A DNA stretch of 64,000 nt. Origin: an uncultured Gemmatimonadales bacterium. GTDB taxonomy: Bacteria > Gemmatimonadota > Gemmatimonadetes > Longimicrobiales > Gaopeijiaceae. Below, piece after piece: positions 52,160-61,313 of the stretch. Both the position numbers and the translations under genes were made by a program. The notes under the pieces are model-generated. The model did not search any database. It had not been told where the DNA came from and saw nothing but the letters and a program-made list of their open reading frames with translations. Location of the stretch: the NCBI GenBank assembly GCA_963809895.1, contig CAWELD010000003.1, positions 768,001-832,000 on the forward strand, written 5' to 3'. How positions within the stretch are numbered: the first letter of the stretch is position 1; every line of letters begins with the position of its first letter.

Positions 52160-52810
52160 ATGCGTAAGCGACAATGGAGGGTTGCGTGCGCCGCGATCTT
52201 TCTCACCACAACGGTCGGCGCCTGGCTGACCGCCTGCCAGGACGGCACCGGCCCAAGCTACGTGAGAAATATCCAACTGATACCGGATTCGGCCTACGTG
52301 CCCGTGGGCGAGAGCTACGATTTCCGTCTGGTTGTCTTCGATCAACGCGGCGACTCCATGCCGGACCGGGTGTCCCGCGTCGACCTCCGCAATCGCAATC
52401 CTGAATTGGTGACGGCCGAGCTGGACGGTGCACGCCTGCACGTGACCACGCTCCAGACCGGGAGCGCCGTCCTTGAAATGAACCTGGGATTCGGCTCTGG
52501 CCTAGCCAAGGTCCTCGTCACTCCGGAGCACGTGGATCACATCGAGATCGATCCGACGCCGATCATTATGGAGAATGGCGGCCAGTTCCATGTTCAAGCT
52601 CGGCTGTTCGACGAGGCCGGCAACGAGTTGTCCCCGGAGGGCCACCACATCTCGTGGAAGAGCCTCGACTCTGGGAACGGGATCTTCGTGACCGATCTGG
52701 GCTTCCTTTGCACCGTCACGGCATCATTCTACGAGCGCCTTCCCCATTACGACGAACTCACGCTCATCGTCGACAATCTGAGCGTATCAACCCAGATCAC
52801 CGTCCAGTAA
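52160..52810 (+). CDS. lipoprotein with tandem Ig-like domains
   Basis: Lipobox LTAC; I.PDSAYV.VGES, IEIDP, A.LFDEAGN.L, ISWKS, as in Big_2-like repeats. Confidence 0.7.
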   Translation: MRKRQWRVACAAIFLTTTVGAWLTACQDGTGPSYVRNIQLIPDSAYVPVGESYDFRLVVFDQRGDSMPDRVSRVDLRNRNPELVTAELDGARLHVTTLQTGSAVLEMNLGFGSGLAKVLVTPEHVDHIEIDPTPIIMENGGQFHVQARLFDEAGNELSPEGHHISWKSLDSGNGIFVTDLGFLCTVTASFYERLPHYDELTLIVDNLSVSTQITVQ

Positions 52811-52812
52811 GA

Positions 52813-53925
52813 ATGGGAGGCGCATGCCGACGAGTCGGCATCCTGATCTGCATGCTGGCGGCTTGCAGAGGTGATCCAGCCCCACGGCGGACCTCAGGTA
52901 GCGAAGGCGGTGAGAAGACTCGCGAGGGGACGTCTCAGAGAGAAGTCACACTAGACATCGCCCTTGAGGAGCCGAGGCTGGTCGTGGGGGACTCCGCAAG
53001 GCCCTTGTATTCGGTAACCTACGCGAAGATTTCCCAGGTTGGGAACCTCTTGGTGGCGAACGGCCGTCACGAGATTATCCAGTTTGACGCTGCTGGCTCA
53101 TGGATGGCGACCTTCGGACGTTCCGGAGACGGTCCCGGCGAATTCCAGGCCCTCTGGGACATTTTTCCACGTGATGACGGCAGTATCCTGGCATATGACC
53201 CCTCGGCGTCGCGGATTACCCGATTTCAGCCCGACGCCGATCCTGAGATCGCGCTTCTTCCCGTTTCGTTCGCTCTACCCAGTGGACCTTCGGTGCTTGA
53301 CTCCGACGAAATCGTCGGGATACTAGCCGAGCTTACCCAGTCCACCCTTCCCCCCGGAGCACAAGCACGGGGCTCAGCTCATCTGGTTTGGTCGGACGCC
53401 AACTGGCGAGCCTTCGATACGGTGATGACTTTGCCAGGTCGCATGTATACATCGAATTCGCGCGGCTTGACGGTCTCTGCCCGGAGCCCCGACGTGTTAT
53501 CAGTCGCTTCCGCAAACCGCGTCTATGTGGCCTCCACCGACGTCCCCGATATCCAGGTCTTGGACTCCGCCCGCCATCCGAGCCTAGTTCTAGTGCTCCA
53601 TCTTCCGACCGCCGAGGTCGAGGCCCGTCGTGAAGCCGATGGAGGCATCCAAGGTTCACTCTTCGACAAGCTCGCAGTGACCAGAGGGAATACGCTTTGG
53701 GTCCGACTTCCTGGCCCCCAGGATGCGGCCGTGTGGGAATGGCAGTTGTTTGATGCAAGTGGAAACGCGGAGGCTCGCGTGCGGACTCCCCGACAGTTGA
53801 GGATCACCCAGGTTTCGGAAGATCGTGTCCTTGGCGTGTGGACTGACGACCTGGGCGTGCAAACGGTTCGTTCGTTCCGGCTGGGGAAGAGGGTAACGGA
53901 CTCCATCCCTCAGATGGGCGGTTAG
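52813..53925 (+). CDS. 6-bladed beta-propeller lipoprotein
   Basis: Lipobox LAAC; FDAAG.W..TFGRSGDGPGEF, YD....RITRF, G.LWV, W.LFDASG, GVWTDDLGV..V. Confidence 0.78.
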   Translation: MGGACRRVGILICMLAACRGDPAPRRTSGSEGGEKTREGTSQREVTLDIALEEPRLVVGDSARPLYSVTYAKISQVGNLLVANGRHEIIQFDAAGSWMATFGRSGDGPGEFQALWDIFPRDDGSILAYDPSASRITRFQPDADPEIALLPVSFALPSGPSVLDSDEIVGILAELTQSTLPPGAQARGSAHLVWSDANWRAFDTVMTLPGRMYTSNSRGLTVSARSPDVLSVASANRVYVASTDVPDIQVLDSARHPSLVLVLHLPTAEVEARREADGGIQGSLFDKLAVTRGNTLWVRLPGPQDAAVWEWQLFDASGNAEARVRTPRQLRITQVSEDRVLGVWTDDLGVQTVRSFRLGKRVTDSIPQMGG

Positions 53926-54149
53926 GCCCCGTATCAGGAGAACCCGAACCGCTCCGACCCCTTAGCTCCTCGCTCTGCAGGTGGGGACCGACGTGGGCCT
54001 CAAGGCTCTGTCGCCCGCAGACTGTCCTGGGCTTACGCATGCGGCCTCACGTCACTAGTCAGGAGGTGCCCCTGAGGGCCCGCAGTTCGGCCGGTCTCGG
54101 CTCGTCAACCAACTCGAGCAGGTCATCGGCTTGGACTGGCCGGAGATTC

Positions 54150-54190
54150 CTGCAAATCCTTTATCTCCGGTTCGAATCCGGGCGGCGCCT
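54150..54190 (+). repeat. displaced 3' fragment of tRNA-Cys (att site)
   Basis: 40/41 identical to 47889-47929; no 5' tRNA half upstream. Confidence 0.9.
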
Positions 54191-54293
54191 CTTGGGGCTT
54201 CGGCGTTTTCGCGTCTCCTTCGCGGAAGCCCCGTTTCGCATTGGGGGGTCCGGTGCGCGTCCAAACCGATAGGCGGTGCGCCCGCGGCCCACC

Positions 54294-54462
54294 GTCAATC
54301 GCGCAACGGCCGCCTCTGTGGCGATGGATGCGGGATTCGCCGCAATGGCTCCGGTCGGGTGCACAACGGATGCCGCGTCCGGCGGGGCGTGCAGGGTTCC
54401 CGGAGATCGTTCACGTCACAAACGCAGCGACCGCTGGGGGAGGGCGTGGTTGCGGGATTGAC
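54294..54462. repeat. 169-bp tripartite element, copy B
   Basis: Terminal inverted repeat GTCAATCGCGCAAC/GTTGCGGGATTGAC (13/14); internal 60-61-bp subunits. Confidence 0.8.
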
Positions 54463-54693
54463 CCGGCGGGCTGGGTCTCCCCGAAGGCGCCGCATCGTCC
54501 GGCGTCAGTCCGGGCTCCGCGTTGTGCTGTCGGCCGGCGGCCGCTGTCGCCGCCCTCGACGGAAGGGGTCGTGGAGCGACGTCCGGAGCAGTATCGTCGA
54601 ACGTCACCTGGGGAAGGACCCCGTGGCCTCACGACCGAACCTGTCAGACTACTCCTACGGGCGGACGAACCCACCCGGCTGCGGAGACGTTCC

Positions 54694-55125
54694 GTGGATC
54701 AGAGCATCATGTTCTGCCGTGCCAGAGACGACGTGACCCTCGCCTGGGCCCGATCCGGTCGGGGGCCGCCGCTCGTGAAGGCCGCGAACTGGTTGAGCCA
54801 TCTCGAACACGATTGGTCGAGCCCCGTGTGGCGACCCCTGCTGGAGCGCCTGGGGCCAGCAACATACGGTTGTGCGGTACGACGAGCGCGGCTGCGGGCT
54901 GTCGGACCGAGAGGTCGAGGATCTCACCTTCGAGGCATGGGTGCGCGATATGGAGGCGGTCGTGGACGCCGCGGGCCTGGAGCGCTTTCCCTTGCTCGGG
55001 ATTTCCCAGGGAGGCCCCATCGCCATCGCCTACGCCGTCCGCCATCCGGAGCGGGTGAGTCGGCTGATCCTCTACGGCACCTACACCCGGGGACGACTGC
55101 AGCGCGATCCCTCTCGCCAGGCGCA
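54694..55125 (+). pseudogene. truncated alpha/beta hydrolase (N-terminal half only; frameshift near 54865)
   Basis: I.FC.A.D.V.LA.A.SG.GPPLVKAANWLSHLE.DW.SPVW, then RYDERGCGLSD, LLGISQGG, HPERVSRLILYG; similarity stops near 55120. Confidence 0.75.
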
Positions 55126-55215
55126 GCAAGATTGCGCGGAGCGCCGCGGATGCTCGCCGAACCTGAGGCCCTTCACGACCTCCGTTCACAGTCCCTCGTC
55201 GTGCGTCATTTTGCG

Positions 55216-55431
55216 TCATTGGACCCCGCAATCGGTGTTCTTGCAGTGCGTGGAATCGCAGTTCGTGAAGCTGCTGCTGTCGTGCTTGCACTTACCGTCC
55301 ACGCACTTGTCGTGTTCACAATCCAACGCCGCCAGCGGCGTTGGCGCGACGATGGAACCAAACGCGGCACCCGCGCCGGCGGCGGAGCTCATTCCGGCGA
55401 GAGCAAACAGGAAACGGCGGAGCGTCCTCAT
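55216..55431 (-). CDS. secreted six-cysteine miniprotein 1 (71 aa)
   Basis: GAGGGAG SD; signal-like leader MRTLRRFLFALAG...PTPLAA; core LDCEHDKCVDGKCKHDSSSFTNCDSTHCKNTDCGVQ; paralog adjacent. Confidence 0.82.
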   Translation of the reverse strand: MRTLRRFLFALAGMSSAAGAGAAFGSIVAPTPLAALDCEHDKCVDGKCKHDSSSFTNCDSTHCKNTDCGVQ

Positions 55432-55490
55432 GGTGGTTCTCCCTCGGTTGAAGGCGGTTGAAGATCGGGTCGAGACGGCGTCCGCTCTGA

Positions 55491-55718
55491 CTATTGGACC
55501 CCGCAGTCCGTGACGTCGCATCCGACGTTGCCGGGTCGCATGTCGCAGTTCTGTGGCTGCGGGTTGTCGGACTCACACTGACCCAGGAGACAACGGTCGA
55601 ACTCGCATCCCGATGCGGACAGGGCTGCCGGTTGTAGGCTCAGGCCGGCGGTTGCGCCACTGATCACCACGGCACCGAGGAAGGCGATGCGCTTGAAGGC
55701 GCTCTTCGGAAGACTCAT
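55491..55718 (-). CDS. secreted six-cysteine miniprotein 2 (75 aa)
   Basis: AAGGGAG SD; leader MSLPKSAFKRIAFLGAVVISG...PAALSA; core SGCEFDRCLLGQCESDNPQPQNCDMRPGNVGCDVTDCGVQ. Confidence 0.82.
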   Translation of the reverse strand: MSLPKSAFKRIAFLGAVVISGATAGLSLQPAALSASGCEFDRCLLGQCESDNPQPQNCDMRPGNVGCDVTDCGVQ

Positions 55719-55991
55719 TGCTTCAACTCCCTTGAGCTGTGACCGGGCCGGAGGTGACGAGGATCGAACACCTGTCCCGCGCGGCCGTTTCCAAATAAGT
55801 GCGTAAGCGCTATGGGAGGTTGACACCCGGCTCTCTTGCTCGAGGCGTTGCGAGACCCGGTCTGGATCAGCGCGTGGTCCGGCGGACCTGACAGGAAAGA
55901 CGCCGCACGTGTACGGGCGGCCGGCGGCGGCGCCCCATGCCGGGTGCGCCCAAGTTAGATATTCCGGGTCGGCGCCGCCGGCGACCTTGCC

Positions 55992-56160
55992 GTCAATCTC
56001 ACAATCGCCGGCTCGTGGCGGACGCATGCGGGACTCGGGGCGATAGTTGCCCCTAGACGCGCAAGGGCCGCTCCGTCGCGCGGCGCTTGCAGGGTTCCCG
56101 GCGATAGTTCGCGCCGGGAGCGCAACGGTCTGGCGCGCGGGGTCTGCATGCAGGATTGAC
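55992..56160. repeat. 169-bp tripartite element, copy C
   Basis: GTCAATCTCACA...TGCAGGATTGAC; the inverted repeat extends outward to 55976/56174. Confidence 0.78.
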
Positions 56161-56211
56161 GGCGATCGCCGGCGTACCGCCCGGGCGGGTCACCTGGGCT
56201 GGCACCCCCCG

Positions 56212-58981
56212 CTACCCGTCCGCCGCCAGCGCCTCTGCGGGCTCGATCTTCAGCGCCCGCCGGGTGGGGACCACGCAGGCGAGGAGGCACACCAGCGTCA
56301 TGACCAGCGTGTGGGCGAGGAGGAGGGCGCCCCGGGTCGGTGTGGGCTCGAGGGTGCCCTCCGAGGCAGCGAAGACCACGAGGGCGAGAAGCATGGACCC
56401 GACCAGCACGCCCGTCGCCACGAGACGGGCCATACGGCCTGCGACAGCCGTCACTACCTGCCGGCGGTCCGCGCCCAGGGCGACCCGCACGCCGATCTCG
56501 CGGGTCCGGCGGGCGACCGTGTACGAGATGATGCTGAAGATGCCGGCGTTGGTGAGGAGCATGGCCAGGACGCCGGCCACCACCACCACCCGGAACCAGG
56601 CGTCGTAGGCGGCCAGGGTCGCACGATCCGCCTGATCCAGCGAGATGGGATCGTCGACGCGGAGCTCCGGGTCCACGGCGCTGGCCAGCGTCCGCAGACG
56701 ACCCGCGAAGGCCGTGGGATCCCCCGAGAGATGCACGGCCACCTTGAGGGAGTAGGCCTCACGGGGCGACAGGTGGTGGTAGATGCCCGCGTTGTGCGGG
56801 AGGTCGGGGTCGATGGTCATGACCACGTCCCGCACGACGCCGACGATGCGGTACCAGTCGCCGGCCTCTTCGGGATCCGGTCCGGCACCGCTCGCGGCGC
56901 CGGGGCCGGTGTAGCGGAGCCTGGCACCGACGGCGTTTCGCCCTCCCAGGAACTCCCGCACGAACGACTCGTTGACCACGACGACACGCTCGCCGCTTCC
57001 GGCGTCGCCCTCGTCGAAGCCGCGTCCGGCCACCACGTCCATCCCGAGCACGCGAAAGAACCCCGGGGCCACGCTCACGAGCTGCGCCCGGTTGCCCCAC
57101 TCGTCGGGATAGGACGCGTTGGGCGCATCCACCTCCACGGGCCGGCGCTCGTGCCACGCGCCCGGGAGCTGTGTGGCCACAGCCACCCCGAGGACGCCAG
57201 GCTCAGCGGCCAGGCGACGCTCGAGCTCCTGCACGTCGCCTCGAAAGCGCCCACCGAACACCGGGTCGGCAGCGGCCTCCTCCCCCGAGCCGAAGGCCTC
57301 GCCACCGTCCAGGGCGAGCTCCGCCGACAGGAACTCCGTGGCAGCGAACCCGGGGTCCGCCGTGCGGATCTTCCAGGTCTCGGCCCCGAGCCAGAGGACC
57401 ACGGGGACGAACATCACCGTGAGGGCCACCTGGGTGACGATGATGCCGCTCCACAGGCGTCCGAGGCGAGACCCGGAGCCGCGCCCGGCCAACCGTTGCA
57501 GGCTACCCTGGGCGTGGCCGCCTGTGATCTTGAGGCCCGGGAGCACGCCCGCGATCGAGGCGCCGACCAAGGCCAGCAGCACGGCGTATCCCACGGTCGC
57601 CGGATCGAGTCGCTGATGGAACCAGAAGGGGAAGGGCTCGCCCGACGACGAAGCGATCCCGAGCACCCACCCCAGGGCCGCCGAGCCCGCGGGCAGCCCG
57701 ATCACGAGCGCCACGGCGGCCAGGGCGAGAGCTTCCGCGAAGAGCTGCCCGACGATCCGTCCACGGCTCGCACCCAGGGCGCTCCGTACCGCGATCTCGC
57801 CCTCGCGGGCGGCGGCCCGGGCGAAGAGCAGCAACGCCACGTTTGCGCACACCAGCGCCATGAGCGCCATGAGGAAGAGGGCGCCCAGGGCGAGGATCCC
57901 TCCCATGCTCATCACGCCTCCGGTCTGGACCGCGGTGGGCGGGAACCGGTTCACGCGCGCCACCAGCTCGCCGTGGCTCTCGGGCCAGACCTCGGCGAGG
58001 CGCTCGCCCATGGTCGCCACCTCGGCCTGGGCTCGCTCCAGCGTCGCTCCGGGCGCCAGCCGACCCAGCACGGCGAGCGCCGGCCCGCTGCCGGGCTCGT
58101 ACGCCGTCGCATCGAGGTGCAGCGGCGTCCACAGGGTGAAGGAGGCCGGGAACTCGAATCCTCTGGGCATGACGCCCACGATGGTGGTGGCCTCGTCGCC
58201 CAGATGCACGATGCGTCCGACGATGTCGGCGTCTCCGCCGAATCGGCCCTGCCACAGGTCGTAACCGATCACCGCGACCGGGGGCGCGCGGGGCCCATCG
58301 TCGGTTGGAAGGAGCGGGCGCCCCAGCAGGGGAGGGACCTTCACCAGGCCGAAGGCCGACGCAGTAATCGCGACGGCTCGCACCGGGGCGGTGTCGTCCT
58401 GGCCCAGAGACAGATTGCGAGGCCCGGCCGAGAACGCACCCAGGTCGGTCACGGAGCGCAACCTGCTGCGCCATACCTCCAGATCGCGGGCGGTGCGTGC
58501 GTCGGGCAGCGACGTGCGCGTGTTCATGTTGAAGACGCGCACCAGGTTGTCGCCGCCCTCGTACGGAAGCCGCGGATACGCCGCGTCGCGGAAGAACTGA
58601 AAGGCGCCCGCGCCCATGGCGATGCCGAAGGCCATGGCGACGCCGCCGATGACGGTGATGCCGGGATAGCGCGCCAGCATGCGCAGGCCGAGCTTGAAGT
58701 CCAGCCACGAAACGCCCATGGCGAAGCGGCGGCGCGCTGCCCGCGTGGCGGGGGTCCGCGCTCGACCGGCGCGCCGGTCCCGTCTCCGCTCCCTGAGCAG
58801 CGCCACACCCATGTCCAGGGCCTCCAGTGCGCGTCCCGAGCCAGGCCCGGATCCGTCCGTGGCGCTGCAGCCGCCTCCGGTGGGACTCTTCCAGGTCGCC
58901 CAGTACCTCTTCGGAACGGTCCGGTGGGGCCAGGCGGGTGAGAAGCGACCGGGCCCAGCGGGGGATGCTCAGACGGTCCAT
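56212..58981 (-). CDS. ADOP-type duplicated MacB/FtsX ABC permease; one-base frameshift near 58826
   Basis: Prefix domain PRWARSLL...EEVLGDLEE; D.KLGLRML.RYPG, CANVA.LL.AR...REGEIAVRSALGASRGRI, QVAL, V.RRTREIGVRVALGA, PTRRAL.IEP.EAL. Confidence 0.9.
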
Positions 58982-59227
58982 GAGCTCCTGCGGGCAGGGC
59001 CGCAGATCCTGGCAAGACGGCACATCGGGTCTCCTTTAGTTGGTCTGTGACTATATTAGGGACGCGAGGTGCCAGCGCAAGCTCCGGCTCGGAGGAGGCC
59101 AGGGAAGCGGTGGCCCGCCCGTGCCCCGGTCGCAGGGCACCCGACTGGTGGCGAGCGCCCCCGAGCCTCACATTGGGCCGCCAGAGACGACCCGCCCAGC
59201 GCATGACCCGAAGCCCCCTGCACGTCC

Positions 59228-60883
59228 ATGAAGACACGACACGCCCTCGCCATCCTCCTGTCCGCCTTCCTGCTCGTCCTGGTGCCGCCGCCGTCGCTGC
59301 GTGCCCAGGGCCGCGAAGTTCCTCACGCGCCTCCCCGCGGCGACGAAGGGGATGGCCCCTTTCAGCGCCTGATCATCCGCGGTGCCACCCTGGTCGACGG
59401 AACCGGAGCGCCGCCGGTGGGCCCGGTGGACATCGTCATCGAGGGCGATCGCATCGTCGAGGTGCGGAGCGTGGGAGCTCCGGGCGTTCCGATTCGTGAG
59501 GGGCGGCGGCCGCAGGGAGCCACCCGGGAGCTGGATGCGTCGGGCATGTACGTGCTTCCGGGGTTCGTGGACGCCCACGCCCACATCGGCGGGCTCGCCC
59601 AGGGCACGCCTGCCGAGTACGTGTACAAGCTCTGGCTCGCCCACGGCGTGACCACGATCCGAGATCCGGGCTCGGGCAACGGCGTGGACTGGACCCTGCA
59701 GGCGCGGGCCCGCTCCGCCGCCAACGAGATCGTGGCGCCTCACATCGTGGCCTACGCCTTCGTGGGCTCGGACTGGGACGGCGGGCCCGTGACGACCCCC
59801 GAAAAGGCCCGCGAATACGTTCGCTGGGCGGCGGACAAGGGTGTGGACGGCTTCAAGATGATCCCCGGCTCCAGGCCGATCTCCAACGACCCGGCGGTAT
59901 TCGGCGCGGTCATCGACGAGGCCCGGAAGCTCCACCTGGGGACCATGTCGCACCTGAGCCAGCAGGGCGTGTCACGCATCAACGCCCTGGACGCGGCCCG
60001 CATGGGGCTGGGCTCCATGGAGCACTACTACGGCCTTCCGGAATCCCTCTTCGACGATCGCACGGTCCAGGACTTTCCCACCGACTACAACTACAACAAC
60101 GAGTACGACCGCTTCGGCCAGGCCGGGCGGTTGTGGAAGCAGGCGGCGCCGCAGGGGAGCGAGCGCTGGAACGCCGTCATGGACGAGATGCTGGACCTGG
60201 GGTTCACCATCGACCCCACCATGACCATCTACGAGGCCAGCCGCGACGTCATGCGGGCGCGCCGCGCCGAATGGCACGACCGCTACACGCTGCCTTCGCT
60301 GTGGCAGTTCTATCAGCCGAACCGCGAGAGCCACGGCTCGTACTGGTACCACTGGACCACCCAGGACGAGATCGAGTGGAAGCAGGACTTCAAGCTGTGG
60401 ATGAAGTTCCTGAACGAATACAAGAACCGAGGTGGCCGGGTGACCACCGGCTCCGACTCGGGCTTCATCTACAAGCTCTACGGCTTCGGCTACATCCGGG
60501 AGCTGGAGCTCCTGCAGGAAGCCGGCTTTCACCCCCTCGAGGTGGTGCGGGCGGCCACCATGGACGGCGCCAACCTGCTGGCGGAACAGCAGGACACGGT
60601 GGCGGACTTCGGGATCGTGGAGCCCGGTAAGCGGGCCGACCTGGTCATCACCGAGTACAATCCCATCGAGGACTTCAAGGTGCTCTACGGCACGGGCACC
60701 CTGCGGCTGAACGACGAGACCGGCGCCGTGGAGCGCGTGGGCGGCGTCCGCTACACCGTCAAGGACGGCATCATCTACGACGCCCGCCAGCTCCTGGACG
60801 ACGTGGCGCGCCTGGTGTCCGACGCCAAGGTCCAGGCCGGGATGGCGGCGGATCAGCCGCTGACGGTGTTGGGGGGGCGGTAG
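59228..60883 (+). CDS. secreted amidohydrolase family protein
   Basis: Signal peptide; LVDGTG, PGFVDAHAH, GVTTIRD, GSDSG, ELELL.EAG, G.VEPGKRADLV...NP. Confidence 0.9.
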   Translation: MKTRHALAILLSAFLLVLVPPPSLRAQGREVPHAPPRGDEGDGPFQRLIIRGATLVDGTGAPPVGPVDIVIEGDRIVEVRSVGAPGVPIREGRRPQGATRELDASGMYVLPGFVDAHAHIGGLAQGTPAEYVYKLWLAHGVTTIRDPGSGNGVDWTLQARARSAANEIVAPHIVAYAFVGSDWDGGPVTTPEKAREYVRWAADKGVDGFKMIPGSRPISNDPAVFGAVIDEARKLHLGTMSHLSQQGVSRINALDAARMGLGSMEHYYGLPESLFDDRTVQDFPTDYNYNNEYDRFGQAGRLWKQAAPQGSERWNAVMDEMLDLGFTIDPTMTIYEASRDVMRARRAEWHDRYTLPSLWQFYQPNRESHGSYWYHWTTQDEIEWKQDFKLWMKFLNEYKNRGGRVTTGSDSGFIYKLYGFGYIRELELLQEAGFHPLEVVRAATMDGANLLAEQQDTVADFGIVEPGKRADLVITEYNPIEDFKVLYGTGTLRLNDETGAVERVGGVRYTVKDGIIYDARQLLDDVARLVSDAKVQAGMAADQPLTVLGGR

Positions 60884-61313
60884 CCGCCTCACCGCCTCCA
60901 GCCACCACGAAGATCTTCGCCACGTCGGCGCCGTAGCCCAGCGTGGCGACGATGCGGGTCTTGCCCAGGCCGACGGCCACGATGGTGGCGTCGGGATCCC
61001 GGGCATCGACCCGGGCCACGGAGGGATCCTCGCTGTAGACCTCCACGCGCTCGGCCCGGTCGGGAAAGGAGTCGCCCATCTGCGAGAACACCCGGATGTG
61101 GAGCTTGATGGACTCGCCGGGCGCCAGGTACACGGAGTCGGGCACGACGCGCACGTTGAAGACGAAGGGCGGCGTGAAGGCGTCCTGGGTGCAGGCGGAG
61201 GCGAGCCCCGCCAGGGCGAGCCCGCACAGCGCGAGCCGTCCGAGCCCGCGCAGCCGCCCTCGAAAGACATCCCCCGAACCCACGGACCGGGACCACGCCG
61301 TCCGGCTCTTCAT
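60771..61313 (-). CDS. lipoprotein with a single Ig-like domain, paralog of 52160-52810 (3' end uncertain)
   Basis: ATGA-coupled to the upstream receptor; lipobox ASAC; NVRVVPDSVYLAPGES, VFSQMGDSFPDR, LGYG...AKIFV; its tail overlaps the amidohydrolase 3' end by 113 bp. Confidence 0.65.
   Translation of the reverse strand: MKSRTAWSRSVGSGDVFRGRLRGLGRLALCGLALAGLASACTQDAFTPPFVFNVRVVPDSVYLAPGESIKLHIRVFSQMGDSFPDRAERVEVYSEDPSVARVDARDPDATIVAVGLGKTRIVATLGYGADVAKIFVVAGGGEAATAPPTPSAADPPPSRPGPWRRTPGAPRRPGAGGRRR

Larger units (their letters stand above)
47889..54246. mobile_element. integrase-less genomic island at tRNA-Cys (6261 bp between direct repeats)
   Basis: Ungapped 97-bp direct repeat 47889-47985 / 54150-54246 starting at the tRNA-Cys anticodon loop; parts of the cargo look less GC-rich than the flanks. 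Confidence 0.7.

Noticed and set aside
53926..54149. Integrase remnant next to the right att site
   Set aside because: I could not recognise any recombinase motif in this 220-bp stretch; BLASTX would be needed to exclude a highly decayed fragment.
54120..54190. Second functional tRNA-Cys
   Set aside because: The 5' acceptor strand, D-arm and 5' anticodon stem are absent; only the 3' fragment is present.
54294..54462. Integron attC sites for the 169-bp element
   Set aside because: AAC...GTT ends are present, but the element is longer than typical attC sites, has three internal subunits rather than one hairpin, does not consistently follow ORF 3' ends, and no intI is in the window. Not fully excluded.
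55216..55718. Ranthipeptide (SCIFF), lanthipeptide or other enzyme-modified RiPP precursors
   Set aside because: No radical SAM, LanM, YcaO or peptidase-ABC gene is in the window, and the leaders look like hydrophobic Sec signals, which favours disulfides. A maturase acting in trans is not excluded.
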